A model generated the notes under the pieces. It ran no database searches. It saw nothing but the letters and a program-made list of their open reading frames with translations, and was not told the DNA's origin. From the NCBI GenBank assembly GCA_022508205.1, contig JAFLVQ010000002.1:1-48907 (forward strand): DNA of 48,907 bases. Direction: 5' to 3'. How positions within the stretch are numbered: position 1 is the first letter of the stretch; the number at the start of each line of letters is the position of its first letter. This DNA is from Spirochaetales bacterium. GTDB lineage: Bacteria; Spirochaetota; GWE2-31-10. The position numbers were made by a program, and so were the translations under genes. Shown piece by piece: positions 18,199 to 26,730 of this stretch.

Positions 18199-19041
18199 AT
18201 GCCGACATTACCCTCTCAAAAGTTACAGGAGTTATATGAAGAATACGGTGCGCAAGAAATCGCATTTAATAAATCAATTCGCAGTGTTACTGGATTGGAG
18301 CCGACAAAGATTTGTGTAAAAATCGCCAACGATCATCTTCCGTGTGTGCTTTATTCATGTTCGATGCATGATGCAAAGGTAATTATGCCGCTGGATACGG
18401 AAGCTTTTGAAATTATTAAAAAGGCAAAAAATCTTGTAAATCTTCGCCTTGCGTTTCTCCCGAAAAATTCCAAAAATTCGATTATATTTTTTGTTCCTTC
18501 TGTGATTGAAAGCTTTGCTTCATTCAAGCTTCAGCACGAATCTTCCTATTTAGTTACGCTGAAATTCAATCAGAGACCGTCCGATGATTTGATAGAAATT
18601 ATCGGAACTATTTTTCAGTCTATTGAAAATTTTAAAAAACGGCGTGAGCTGCGTATCAATCTTGATGCAAGTGTAGTAGATGATATGGAAATTACTTCCG
18701 TCAATACGTACTGCATAGTCGATTCAATCAGAAGGCCGTGCATTTTGAAAAATCTATCGGCATCCGGTTTGGGGATTATTATGATGTGTAATCCTAAATT
18801 TTTGCTGAATAAAAGAATTACTGTCGCAATTTATTTGTATGGGTACAATGAGCCTATACTTTTGAACGGTGTAATAAAACGTTCCGACAATATCGAGGGC
18901 AGAAATGATTTGTTCCTTATGGGGGTTTTGTTGAATGAAGAAGAAATTCCTTATGGTTACAAAGATATGATTAACAAGTATATTGACCATTTGGAACGTA
19001 TATTGAAGCATAAAAGAGTAATGAATGTTGCCGTTGAGTAA
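18199..19041 (+). CDS. PlzA-like c-di-GMP receptor (N-terminal PilZN-type domain + C-terminal PilZ domain)
   Basis: This is a 280-aa ORF. The PilZ signature is R-R-E-L-R (RxxxR) in ...KKRRELRINLD..., followed by N-L-S-A-S-G (D/NxSxxG) in ...ILKNLSASGLGI... A ~150-aa domain precedes it, as in spirochete PlzA. Confidence 0.75.
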   Translation: MPTLPSQKLQELYEEYGAQEIAFNKSIRSVTGLEPTKICVKIANDHLPCVLYSCSMHDAKVIMPLDTEAFEIIKKAKNLVNLRLAFLPKNSKNSIIFFVPSVIESFASFKLQHESSYLVTLKFNQRPSDDLIEIIGTIFQSIENFKKRRELRINLDASVVDDMEITSVNTYCIVDSIRRPCILKNLSASGLGIIMMCNPKFLLNKRITVAIYLYGYNEPILLNGVIKRSDNIEGRNDLFLMGVLLNEEEIPYGYKDMINKYIDHLERILKHKRVMNVAVE

Positions 19042-19304
19042 TTTACTCGCATAAAATTTACTTGAAATACTTTTGCTGTGCATAAGGTTCGGTCGCTGCA
19101 GGGAAACGGTGGAGCGATTTCTTTTTTTCAGAAGAATTTCCGGCATTGCTTTGTGGTTATCGGAAGACTGCAAATTACAAAGAGGAACTGCAGCGAAAAT
19201 TATTTCCCCGTCTAAGCAAAAATCAAAAAATAGTAAATACCAAAATTACTGAAAGTCGGAGTTATTGTTTTTAAGTAATAGATACTTGTCTAAAACAAAA
19301 TAGA

Positions 19305-19333
19305 TTGACAAAAAACGACAATTCTTTTATTTT
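19305..19333 (+). promoter_or_regulatory. Candidate sigma70-type promoter for the ffh operon
   Basis: TTGACA (19305..19310), a 17-nt spacer, then TATTTT (19328..19333). AAGGAG lies before the ATG at 19362. Confidence 0.4.
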
Positions 19334-19361
19334 GCCGATTCAGAAAAAGGAGTGACTCTTT

Positions 19362-20693
19362 ATGCTTGAAGGAATTACTAAAGCTATTGCAGATTCATTT
19401 AAAGTGATTAGCGGTAACGCAAGAATTACGGAAGCAAATATCGGTTCCGTTATAAATGAAATCAGAGTTGCGCTTTTGGATGCCGATGTCAGTGTCGATG
19501 TCGTAAAAGAATTTATTAATGAAATTACAGCCAAAGCTATCGGAGAACAAGTAGTTCGTTCTGTAAATCCGCGAGAACAGTTTATTAAAATTGTTTATGA
19601 CGGAATTGCCGAAATACTGGGAAGTACTGCCAGCGGATTAAAGTTAAAGCCTAAATCAGCGAAATCTCTTTCGGTCATTTTACTTGCAGGGCTGCAGGGG
19701 GCTGGAAAAACAACTACTGCCGGAAAATTGGCAAAGTATTTAAAGGATACGGAAAATCGCAAAGTTCTGCTTTCGGCATGTGATGTTTACAGACCGGCTG
19801 CTATCGAGCAATTGCAGCGTGTGGGTGAAATTGCAGGCGTAGATGTTTTTACTGGGGATAAAAAAGATGCGGTAAAAACAGCAAAGGAATCTTTTAAATA
19901 TGCAAAAACAGGCAATTACGATGTTTTGATTATCGATAGTGCGGGACGATTGCATATCGATAAGGAGATGATGAGCGAGATTAAAAAAATCTCGAAAGAT
20001 CTTCGTCCTGACGAAACGCTTTTTGTTTGTGATGCGATGACAGGGCAGCACGCTGCTGAAATTGCAAAGGAATTTAATGATACATTGGAGCTTTCCGGAG
20101 TAATTTTAACTAAATTTGATTCGGATACTCGCGGTGGTGCGGCTTTTTCAATAAAGAAGATTACCGATAAACCTATAAAATTTATCGGTGTATCCGAGAA
20201 AATCGACGGTTTGGAAGTTTTTCATCCGGAACGAATTGCATCCAGAATTTTGGGAATGGGAGATATTGTATCTCTTGTAGAAAAAGCAGAGCAGATATAC
20301 AGCGAAGAAGAAGCGATAAAACTTGAAAAGAAAATGCGCGATGCGGAATTTACGCTGCAAGATTTTCTCGAACAGATGGAGCAAATGAATAAGCTTGGTT
20401 CTATGGAAAAAATTTTGGAAATGATTCCCGGAATGCAGGCAAAAATGGGAAGTATTAATATTGATGAATCGAAAATTGCGCGGCAAAAGGCGATTATTCA
20501 ATCAATGACTTTGAAAGAAAGGAACGATTCACGCCTTATTTTGGGATCGCGAAAACGTCGAATCGCCAGAGGTGCCGGAGTATCGATTTTGGAAGTAGAC
20601 AAACTTTTGAAAAATTTTCAGAAGTCAAAGCAAATGATGAAGAAAATGATGAGAAACAAAAATATGTTGACAAATTTGGGCAATATAAAATAA
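19362..20693 (+). CDS. ffh: Signal recognition particle protein Ffh
   Basis: This is a 443-aa ORF with GTPase motifs GLQGAGKTTT, DSAGR and TKFD, and a methionine-rich M domain at the C-terminus. Confidence 0.97.
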   Translation: MLEGITKAIADSFKVISGNARITEANIGSVINEIRVALLDADVSVDVVKEFINEITAKAIGEQVVRSVNPREQFIKIVYDGIAEILGSTASGLKLKPKSAKSLSVILLAGLQGAGKTTTAGKLAKYLKDTENRKVLLSACDVYRPAAIEQLQRVGEIAGVDVFTGDKKDAVKTAKESFKYAKTGNYDVLIIDSAGRLHIDKEMMSEIKKISKDLRPDETLFVCDAMTGQHAAEIAKEFNDTLELSGVILTKFDSDTRGGAAFSIKKITDKPIKFIGVSEKIDGLEVFHPERIASRILGMGDIVSLVEKAEQIYSEEEAIKLEKKMRDAEFTLQDFLEQMEQMNKLGSMEKILEMIPGMQAKMGSINIDESKIARQKAIIQSMTLKERNDSRLILGSRKRRIARGAGVSILEVDKLLKNFQKSKQMMKKMMRNKNMLTNLGNIK

Positions 20694-20739
20694 AAATGCC
20701 TGAAAATACAAACGGAAATGACCAATTAAGGAGGAAGTT

Positions 20740-21009
20740 TTGGTTAAGATCAGATTAAAAAGAGTAGGAACTACAAAAAGACCATACTACAGAATTGTTG
20801 TTACAGATTCAAGAAGTCCAAGAGACGGAAGATTTATCGAAGAAATAGGTATTTACCAACCTTTAGTAAAAGAAGAAAATCAGGTAAAAGTTGATGTTGA
20901 AAAAGTAAAAAAATGGTTTTTAAATGGTGCTCAACCCACTAATATTGTCAGAAAACTTTTGAATAAAAAGCAATTCAAATTTGACAGGGCGCAACTTTTA
21001 AAGAAATAA
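20740..21009 (+). CDS. rpsP: 30S ribosomal protein S16
   Basis: The protein begins [21 protein letters not shown]. The start is TTG, 7 nt after AAGGAGGAAG. Confidence 0.95.
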   Translation: MVKIRLKRVGTTKRPYYRIVVTDSRSPRDGRFIEEIGIYQPLVKEENQVKVDVEKVKKWFLNGAQPTNIVRKLLNKKQFKFDRAQLLKK

Positions 21010-21045
21010 CTATTTTGTTGCCGGCGAGAATAAGGAGAACACTGA

Positions 21046-21282
21046 ATGAGTGAAAAAGAATTGGTTGAGTTTATTGCCAAATCATTAGTGGACAATGCCG
21101 ATAAGGTTGACGTAAAAATGCTTGAAAGCGAACGGTCTACCATTTTGGAATTATCAGTAGATGAAAATGATATTGGTAAAATTATAGGGAAGCACGGCAG
21201 AATTGCGAAAGCAATAAGGACAATTCTCAGTGCGGTTTCTAATAAAAGTAATAAACGCGTTCTTCTTGATATTATCGATTAA
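21046..21282 (+). CDS. KH-domain RNA-binding protein (YlqC/UPF0109 family)
   Basis: This is a 78-aa ORF with GKIIGKHGRIAKAIRTI (a GxxG KH motif). It occupies the conserved position between rpsP and rimM. Confidence 0.85.
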   Translation: MSEKELVEFIAKSLVDNADKVDVKMLESERSTILELSVDENDIGKIIGKHGRIAKAIRTILSAVSNKSNKRVLLDIID

Positions 21283-21284
21283 GA

Positions 21285-21806
21285 ATGAATAATAAAATAA
21301 AAGTAGGTTTTATTAGAAAAGCTCATGGATTAAAGGGAGAAGTAAAAATTCTCCCTTTAACTGATGATCCGAAACGTTTTAAAAAGATAAAGAAACTTTT
21401 TCTCAGAAAACCAGACGAAGTGGAAAGTCTTTTAGCGGAGTATGATGTTGAGTCTGTAAGATTTTCAGCAGAAGAGGTTATTCTGAAGTTCAAAGAAATT
21501 TGTGATAAAGATGCGGCGGATTTCCTGCGCGGGACTTCTGTATATATAAATCGCAGCGATGCGGTACCATTGGATGAATGGGAATTTTTTTCTCAGGATT
21601 TAATTGGTCTTTCGGTTTTTTATAAGGAAGAAAATGTAGGCACGGTTACGGATGTATTAAATACCGGCGCAAATGATAATTTGGAAATTCTCTTGAATGA
21701 CAATTCAAAACATATTTATTATCCTTTCATCCGTACTTTTATTAATAATGTTGATTTAGAAAATGGCTGTTTGATAATTAATCAATATGAAGGATTCTTC
21801 GATTGA
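21285..21806 (+). CDS. rimM: Ribosome maturation factor RimM
   Basis: This is a 173-aa ORF with the N-terminal segment VGFIRKAHGLKGEVKILPLTD. It sits in the conserved operon position. Confidence 0.9.
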   Translation: MNNKIKVGFIRKAHGLKGEVKILPLTDDPKRFKKIKKLFLRKPDEVESLLAEYDVESVRFSAEEVILKFKEICDKDAADFLRGTSVYINRSDAVPLDEWEFFSQDLIGLSVFYKEENVGTVTDVLNTGANDNLEILLNDNSKHIYYPFIRTFINNVDLENGCLIINQYEGFFD

Positions 21807-22603
21807 TTAGCTTCTATGTTTTGAGTTTGTTTCCTGAATTGTTTGAAACTTTTTTTAATACAAGTATTATTAAAAAAGGATTTGAGAAAAACGCTTTTAA
21901 TTATACTCTAAAAAATTTCAGAGAATTTGCAGTAAATAATTACGGTCAGGTTGATGATATGCCTTATGGAGGCGGAGCGGGGATGCTGCTGCGACCTGAA
22001 CCTATTTTTGATGCCTATGAATCTCTTAATATTCCGGAAATCGGGAAGAAAGTATTATTTTTTTCTCCCAAAGGTAAGAAAATAGACCATAAATATATTC
22101 TTGACTTGACAAAGCTTGAAAATATTGTTTTAATCTGCGGGCATTATGAGGGGGTCGACCAAAGAGTTTTGGATACTTTGGTTGATGAAGAAGTCTCTTT
22201 GGGAGACTTCGTGCTTTCCGGTGGGGAGATACCGGCAATGGCGTTAATGGATGCTGTAATTCGCCAGTTGGATGGAGTGATACGAAAAGATTCTTTGAGA
22301 GAAGAATCTTTTTCCGAAAATCTGCTGGAATATCGCCAGTATACAAGACCTGCAGTCTATCGGGAAATGGCGGTACCGGAAGTTCTGACATCTGGTAATC
22401 ATAAGGAAATAGAGAAATTCAAGTTATTGGATAGTATTCGGGAAACGTTGAAAAAGCGCCCCGATTTATTTGATAATCCTGAATGTTATCGAAGAATTTC
22501 CGAAAAATACCAAAGTAAGGAATCTATAGAATCACTAATAAATAAAATAAAACGGGAGTTAAATAATGTCAGTGATAACAAAAATAGAACAAGCACATAT
22601 TGA
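21803..22603 (+). CDS. trmD: tRNA (guanine37-N1)-methyltransferase TrmD
   Basis: This is a 266-aa ORF with the motifs [20 protein letters not shown] and [11 protein letters not shown]. It has a 4-nt overlap with rimM. Confidence 0.95.
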   Translation: MISFYVLSLFPELFETFFNTSIIKKGFEKNAFNYTLKNFREFAVNNYGQVDDMPYGGGAGMLLRPEPIFDAYESLNIPEIGKKVLFFSPKGKKIDHKYILDLTKLENIVLICGHYEGVDQRVLDTLVDEEVSLGDFVLSGGEIPAMALMDAVIRQLDGVIRKDSLREESFSENLLEYRQYTRPAVYREMAVPEVLTSGNHKEIEKFKLLDSIRETLKKRPDLFDNPECYRRISEKYQSKESIESLINKIKRELNNVSDNKNRTSTY

Positions 22604-22997
22604 AGAATTAACCGATGCACTGGTTACTGAAGGTGCAAACGCAGAAACAGTTAAGAAATCTTTTAAAGATAGAGCAGGTGCTTTCAATATCGGAGACCTT
22701 GTAAAAGTAGGTGTAAAGATTATCGAAGGTAAAAGAGAAAGAGTTCAGGTTTTTGAAGGGTATGTGATTGCTTTCAGAGGCCATGGTATTACAAAAACGT
22801 TCAAAGTCAGAAAAATTGCATTTGGAGTTGGTGTAGAAAGAACTTTTCCTTTGTATTCTCCTAAAATCAGTTCTATTGAATTAGTAAGAAGAGGAAAAAT
22901 CAGAAGAGCCAAACTCTTTTATTTAAGACAAAGAAGTGGTAAGAGTGCTACTATTAAGGAAAAAATTAACTTTAAGAAAGTTGCAAAAGCTAATTAA
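22566..22997 (+). CDS. rplS: 50S ribosomal protein L19 (with ~25-aa N-terminal insertion relative to E. coli L19)
   Basis: The core is [33 protein letters not shown]...[21 protein letters not shown]...[20 protein letters not shown] lies before the ATG. It overlaps the trmD tail by 38 nt, and there is no later in-frame ATG before the conserved core. Confidence 0.9.
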   Translation: MSVITKIEQAHIEELTDALVTEGANAETVKKSFKDRAGAFNIGDLVKVGVKIIEGKRERVQVFEGYVIAFRGHGITKTFKVRKIAFGVGVERTFPLYSPKISSIELVRRGKIRRAKLFYLRQRSGKSATIKEKINFKKVAKAN

Positions 22998-23021
22998 GTT
23001 TTGATTGATGATTTTACAAAT

Positions 23022-23068
23022 AAAGCCAAAAGCTGTTTCCTGTTCGAGGATCAGCTTTTGGCTTTTTT
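23022..23068 (+). terminator. Rho-independent terminator of the ffh-rplS operon
   Basis: A 14-bp perfect stem aaagccaaaagctg / cagcttttggcttt followed by TTT. It begins 25 nt after the rplS stop. Confidence 0.75.
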
Positions 23069-23075
23069 ATATTAA

Positions 23076-23456
23076 ATGATGAAAAAACAAAGCAATACAG
23101 AAAAAGGTAAAAAGGGAGAAGAAGTTGCGGCTGAATTTCTCAGGAAGCAGGGAATCGAAATAATCGAGGAAAATTATCATACGAAATTTGGAGAAATCGA
23201 CCTAATAGGTTTTGATAAAAGTACGATAATATTTATTGAAGTCAAGTTAAGGAACAATGATAATTTTGGAACACCGGCAGAAGCTGTAACACAAACAAAG
23301 TTGAAACGTCTTTATAAGAGTGCTTTACTATACATTTCGGAGCATGAAAGTAATTATGATTATCGTTTTGATGTAATTGCAATTCGTAAGGATACTATAA
23401 GCCGATGTTATCATCTGGAATGGTTCAAAAATCAAAATCTGATTGATTTATTTTAA
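23076..23456 (+). CDS. YraN-family (UPF0102) PD-(D/E)XK endonuclease-like protein
   Basis: This is a 126-aa ORF with GKKGEEVAAEFLRKQG...GEIDLIGFDKSTIIFIEVKLR...FDVIA, the classical YraN layout. Confidence 0.85.
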   Translation: MMKKQSNTEKGKKGEEVAAEFLRKQGIEIIEENYHTKFGEIDLIGFDKSTIIFIEVKLRNNDNFGTPAEAVTQTKLKRLYKSALLYISEHESNYDYRFDVIAIRKDTISRCYHLEWFKNQNLIDLF

Positions 23457-23474
23457 TTTTGAGGATAAGATACG

Positions 23475-23609
23475 ATGGTTAAGAAAGCACGTCCGCGAAA
23501 CCCAAAAAAAATAAGAGATTTAAAAGTTAAAATTTGTGAAGAATCTTATTTGAGGGTTGCTATATCAAGAATAGCAGTATTATTGGCAGAGGAGATTCTG
23601 GGACTTTGA
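23475..23609 (+). CDS. Candidate 44-aa small protein (MVKKARPRNPKKIRDLKVKICEESYLRVAISRIAVLLAEEILGL)
   Basis: This ORF is below the ORF-track cutoff and was read by hand. GAGGA lies 9 nt before the ATG at 23475. Its stop TGA (23607..23609) overlaps the TTG start (23606) of the next ORF. It has a basic N-terminus and an amphipathic or hydrophobic C-terminus. Confidence 0.4.
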   Translation: MVKKARPRNPKKIRDLKVKICEESYLRVAISRIAVLLAEEILGL

Positions 23610-24259
23610 ATGACAATATAAGCAGCAATAATGTAAATGGAAATTATAATCATAGACGCAAAAGACGTTTTTACGGTCGAAAACTGCCATCTGCAGAAAA
23701 AAAAGATTCATTAAAATCCATTTCAACGCACACTTCTTCAAAAGAAATCAATACGGAAAAAAAAGATAATTCTGTGATTTTTGCAAAAAAGGATTTTAGT
23801 AAAACAAGTAGTAAAAAGCGAAAAAATAAAAATGCAAAGAACAATGAAAATTCCAAGAAACAAAATCTGAAAAAAGAAGATTTCAAACGTTTGTTTATAA
23901 AAAATGAGTTTAATAAATATAAAAAAACAAAATCGGCTTCAAAAGGTTTTTTAAGAAAAATCAAGAAAGAAGATTTGCCATATCATACCGAAAGTTTGCC
24001 GATGTCAATTTGTCCAATTTGCAATAAACCGATTGCCAATATGATGACAGCTTTGGCAAATGACGACTCCGAAAGTTATGTCCATTTTGATTGTGTTTAC
24101 GATAAACTGAAATCAAAAGTAACAATGAAAGGCAATGAACGGTTTTCTTATATTGGAAATGGAACGTTTGCCGTTATTGAAGATTACAAAGACGGACAAT
24201 ATTCAAAATTCAGAATAAAGCATCAAATTCAATTTTCAGAGACGAGACCTGCAAAATGA
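23606..24259 (+). CDS. Lysine-rich hypothetical protein with C-terminal Cys/His (CPIC...HFDC) putative zinc-binding domain
   Basis: This is a 217-aa ORF. It has no in-frame ATG before residue ~130, so it must start at a non-ATG codon (TTG at 23606). The first 125 aa are about 30% Lys and low-complexity. The C-terminal segment reads ...MSICPICNKPI...YVHFDCVYDKL... The stop overlaps the miaB start (ATGA at 24256..24259). Confidence 0.6.
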   Translation: MNDNISSNNVNGNYNHRRKRRFYGRKLPSAEKKDSLKSISTHTSSKEINTEKKDNSVIFAKKDFSKTSSKKRKNKNAKNNENSKKQNLKKEDFKRLFIKNEFNKYKKTKSASKGFLRKIKKEDLPYHTESLPMSICPICNKPIANMMTALANDDSESYVHFDCVYDKLKSKVTMKGNERFSYIGNGTFAVIEDYKDGQYSKFRIKHQIQFSETRPAK

Positions 24260-25572
24260 TGCATTTTTTTATTGAAACATACGGCTGCCAAATGAATAAA
24301 GCGGAAAGCATTGCGTTAGCCGGTCGTTTAATGGCAGCTGGATATTCACAAGTTTTTTCTCAGGAAAAAGCCGAGCTTATCATTATAAATACTTGTTCTG
24401 TAAGAAAAACAGCAGAAAACAGAATTTGGGGACGGCTTGGATTTTACAAGAAGGAAAAAACAAAGCGCGATATTACCGTACTTGTAATGGGATGTATGCC
24501 GCAGAGAATCAGTGAAGAATTACTCGATAAAAAACGCGGTGTTGATATTGTAGTGGGAAATTTTCATAAGGATAAGATTCCGGCAATTCTCGCGGCTCAT
24601 CGTAAAGGGGAAAAAAGTTGTTATATTGATGTTCCGGAAAAGCAAAATCCGGAAGCTTTTTTTGCTCAGACGGCACCGGATGAATTGAATCCCGCAAAGG
24701 CTTATTTGACGATAAGTCACGGCTGCGATAACTTTTGTTCTTATTGCATTGTACCTTATTTACGCGGGCGTGAAATTTCACGATCTTCAGCTTCCATTAT
24801 CAAAGAAATTCACAAATTGACAGAACTTGGCGTAAAACAGGTAATGCTGCTGGGGCAAAATGTGAATTCCTATGGAAATGATACGAAAGATATAACGTTT
24901 GCGCAACTTTTGAAACAGATTGCACACGAAACAGACGTTGCGTGGGTTAAGTTTATGTCAAGTCATCCCAAAGATTTGTCGCAGGAATTAATCGAAGTAA
25001 TGGCAGAAGAGCCTAAAATTTCCAAATGGCTTCATTTGGCGCTGCAATCGGGGTCTACACCGATTTTACAGGCAATGAACAGAAAGTATACTCGTGAAGA
25101 TTTCTTGAGTAAGGTTTATAAACTGCGTGAATATATTCCGAATATCATACTTACGACCGATTTGATTATTGGTTTTCCGGGAGAAACCGAAGCCGATTAT
25201 CAAGACACATTGAATATAATCGAAGAAGTTCGTTTTGATGATGCGTTTATGTACAAATATAATGAGCGTGATAATACGCTTGCACAGAAGACTCTCGGCG
25301 ATCCGATTGCAGATGAAATAAAAATAGAGCGACTGACTAAACTTATAGAAATTCAACGTAATATCGGTGTGGAAAATCGTCAGGCAATGAAAGGGCGGCA
25401 TTTTCAAATTCTGCATGAACGCCCGGCGAACGACGGTACCGGAAGGCATATCGGAATTTCATCAAATGAACTTATTTTTCTTTATGATGGAAAAGATGAC
25501 GATGCCGGAAAAGTTATTGATATTGAAGCTACGGGAGTAAACGGATCTACATTAACCGGAAAGAAAATATGA
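24256..25572 (+). CDS. miaB: tRNA-2-methylthio-N6-dimethylallyladenosine synthase MiaB (radical SAM methylthiotransferase)
   Basis: This is a 438-aa ORF. It has the N-terminal segment FFIETYGCQMNKAES, the radical-SAM cluster motif CDNFCSYCIVPYLRG, and a C-terminal TRAM-like region. Confidence 0.93.
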   Translation: MMHFFIETYGCQMNKAESIALAGRLMAAGYSQVFSQEKAELIIINTCSVRKTAENRIWGRLGFYKKEKTKRDITVLVMGCMPQRISEELLDKKRGVDIVVGNFHKDKIPAILAAHRKGEKSCYIDVPEKQNPEAFFAQTAPDELNPAKAYLTISHGCDNFCSYCIVPYLRGREISRSSASIIKEIHKLTELGVKQVMLLGQNVNSYGNDTKDITFAQLLKQIAHETDVAWVKFMSSHPKDLSQELIEVMAEEPKISKWLHLALQSGSTPILQAMNRKYTREDFLSKVYKLREYIPNIILTTDLIIGFPGETEADYQDTLNIIEEVRFDDAFMYKYNERDNTLAQKTLGDPIADEIKIERLTKLIEIQRNIGVENRQAMKGRHFQILHERPANDGTGRHIGISSNELIFLYDGKDDDAGKVIDIEATGVNGSTLTGKKI

Positions 25573-26579
25573 GACGATTTCTGTTCTGCGGATTTTTTTT
25601 ATTACTTTGCGTTTTTATGTATTCGGAAGAAAAAGTTTCGGAACTATTGAAAAAAGCCGGCAAGTATGAAGCGCAAAATCAGCTGAATGAAGCTTTGTCT
25701 GTGTATAATCAAGTGCAGAAATTAAATACCGATGCGCAGATTGCCGAGTGGATAATTTTAAAACTTGCCAGACTTACTCCTGATGCGGAACAGAAATTAG
25801 CTTTGTACAACAAATTCATTGCAGAGTATTCAACTTCAAAATTCATAAAACTTGCTTATTACGAAATGGGGGCGGTTTATTTCCTGCAAAAAAATTATGC
25901 GAAAGCTTTGGAGGTGTATGGAAATCTGCTGGAAATCTCATACGGAACATCATATTTTACAATTGCGGGTTTGTACTGCGGCGCACTTTATGTGGATCTG
26001 AATGAGCCGGACAAAGCTATCGATGTGCTTCATATTTTATTGGAAGAAATTACAACCGATGAAGAAGCGTGTAAGTGTTACTTCCTTTTGGGAAAAGCTT
26101 ATCTTATGAAAAATCAATCGGAAAATGCAGTGCATAATTTTTCTGTTTGCATCGGAACCTTTCCGCAGGCATTTTACGCAAAAAAAGCGGCAGAAGAACT
26201 GAAAAAGATGAATCAGAGCGAAACGGAACTTAAAATGGTTTCCGTAGATAAGAACTCGGACGAAAGTTTGCTGAATGCAATCGAATCGGATATAAAATTG
26301 TCTTTAAATATCTCTAAAGATTCCGAGCTGCTGCCGAACGGTCTTTATTTGCAGCTGGGTTCGTATTCGGAGGAAAAAAATGCTTTATTGCAGATTGAAC
26401 AGCTTCGAGTAAATAAATTGAACAAACTTCATATTTACCCCAGAAAAACATCTGCCGGATTTTTCCATAAGGTCGTTATGGGACCATTCTCCGACAAGAA
26501 TGAAATGAATGATGCTATTATAACTTTGAAAGATTACAATATCGATGCATTTCTGATAGAAATTCCGGAAGAAGACTAA
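25569..26579 (+). CDS. TPR-repeat protein with C-terminal SPOR (septal peptidoglycan-binding) domain
   Basis: This is a 336-aa ORF with a signal/anchor segment FLFCGFFLLLCVFMYS and TPR-like repeats. The C-terminal segment GLYLQLGSYSEEKNALLQIEQL...GFFHKVVMGPFSDKNEMNDAIITLK fits SPOR. It shares an ATGA overlap with miaB. Confidence 0.8.
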   Translation: MRRFLFCGFFLLLCVFMYSEEKVSELLKKAGKYEAQNQLNEALSVYNQVQKLNTDAQIAEWIILKLARLTPDAEQKLALYNKFIAEYSTSKFIKLAYYEMGAVYFLQKNYAKALEVYGNLLEISYGTSYFTIAGLYCGALYVDLNEPDKAIDVLHILLEEITTDEEACKCYFLLGKAYLMKNQSENAVHNFSVCIGTFPQAFYAKKAAEELKKMNQSETELKMVSVDKNSDESLLNAIESDIKLSLNISKDSELLPNGLYLQLGSYSEEKNALLQIEQLRVNKLNKLHIYPRKTSAGFFHKVVMGPFSDKNEMNDAIITLKDYNIDAFLIEIPEED

Positions 26580-26656
26580 AAAACACAATAGAATTTGTAA
26601 TCCGATAGCAGCACGAAAGACCGACGTTGTTTTTTAATTCCGCCGTCAATTCAAAC

Positions 26657-26685
26657 TTGAAAATAATACGTCATAATGATATAAA
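26657..26685 (+). promoter_or_regulatory. Candidate sigma70-type promoter for ileS
   Basis: TTGAAA (26657..26662), a 17-nt spacer, then TATAAA (26680..26685), about 45 nt upstream of the ATG at 26731. Confidence 0.4.
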
Positions 26686-26730
26686 ACCGCATTATTTTAT
26701 AAATAACAAAGAAAAACTCTGGAGTTTCAC

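Noticed and set aside
19042-19361. A search for an SRP (4.5S) RNA or another ncRNA in the 320-nt gap upstream of ffh. A perfect 9-bp inverted repeat tcgctgcag (19093..19101) / ctgcagcga (19188..19196) brackets about 104 nt.
   Set aside because: There is no domain-IV-like GGAA/AGCAGC motif on either strand and no terminator-like T-run after the element. The remaining pairing is weak. A 9-bp inverted repeat alone is not enough to call an RNA gene. Rfam scanning would settle it.
22566-22603. The 38-nt overlap between trmD and rplS, considered as a possible mis-called rplS start or frameshift.
   Set aside because: GGGAG precedes the ATG at 22566. No later in-frame ATG exists before the conserved L19 core, and both frames are intact. 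It is most simply an extended L19 N-terminus.
26580-26730. A T-box or other leader riboswitch upstream of ileS.
   Set aside because: The best promoter candidate leaves only a ~40-nt leader. No specifier/antiterminator-like helices or T-box motif were seen.
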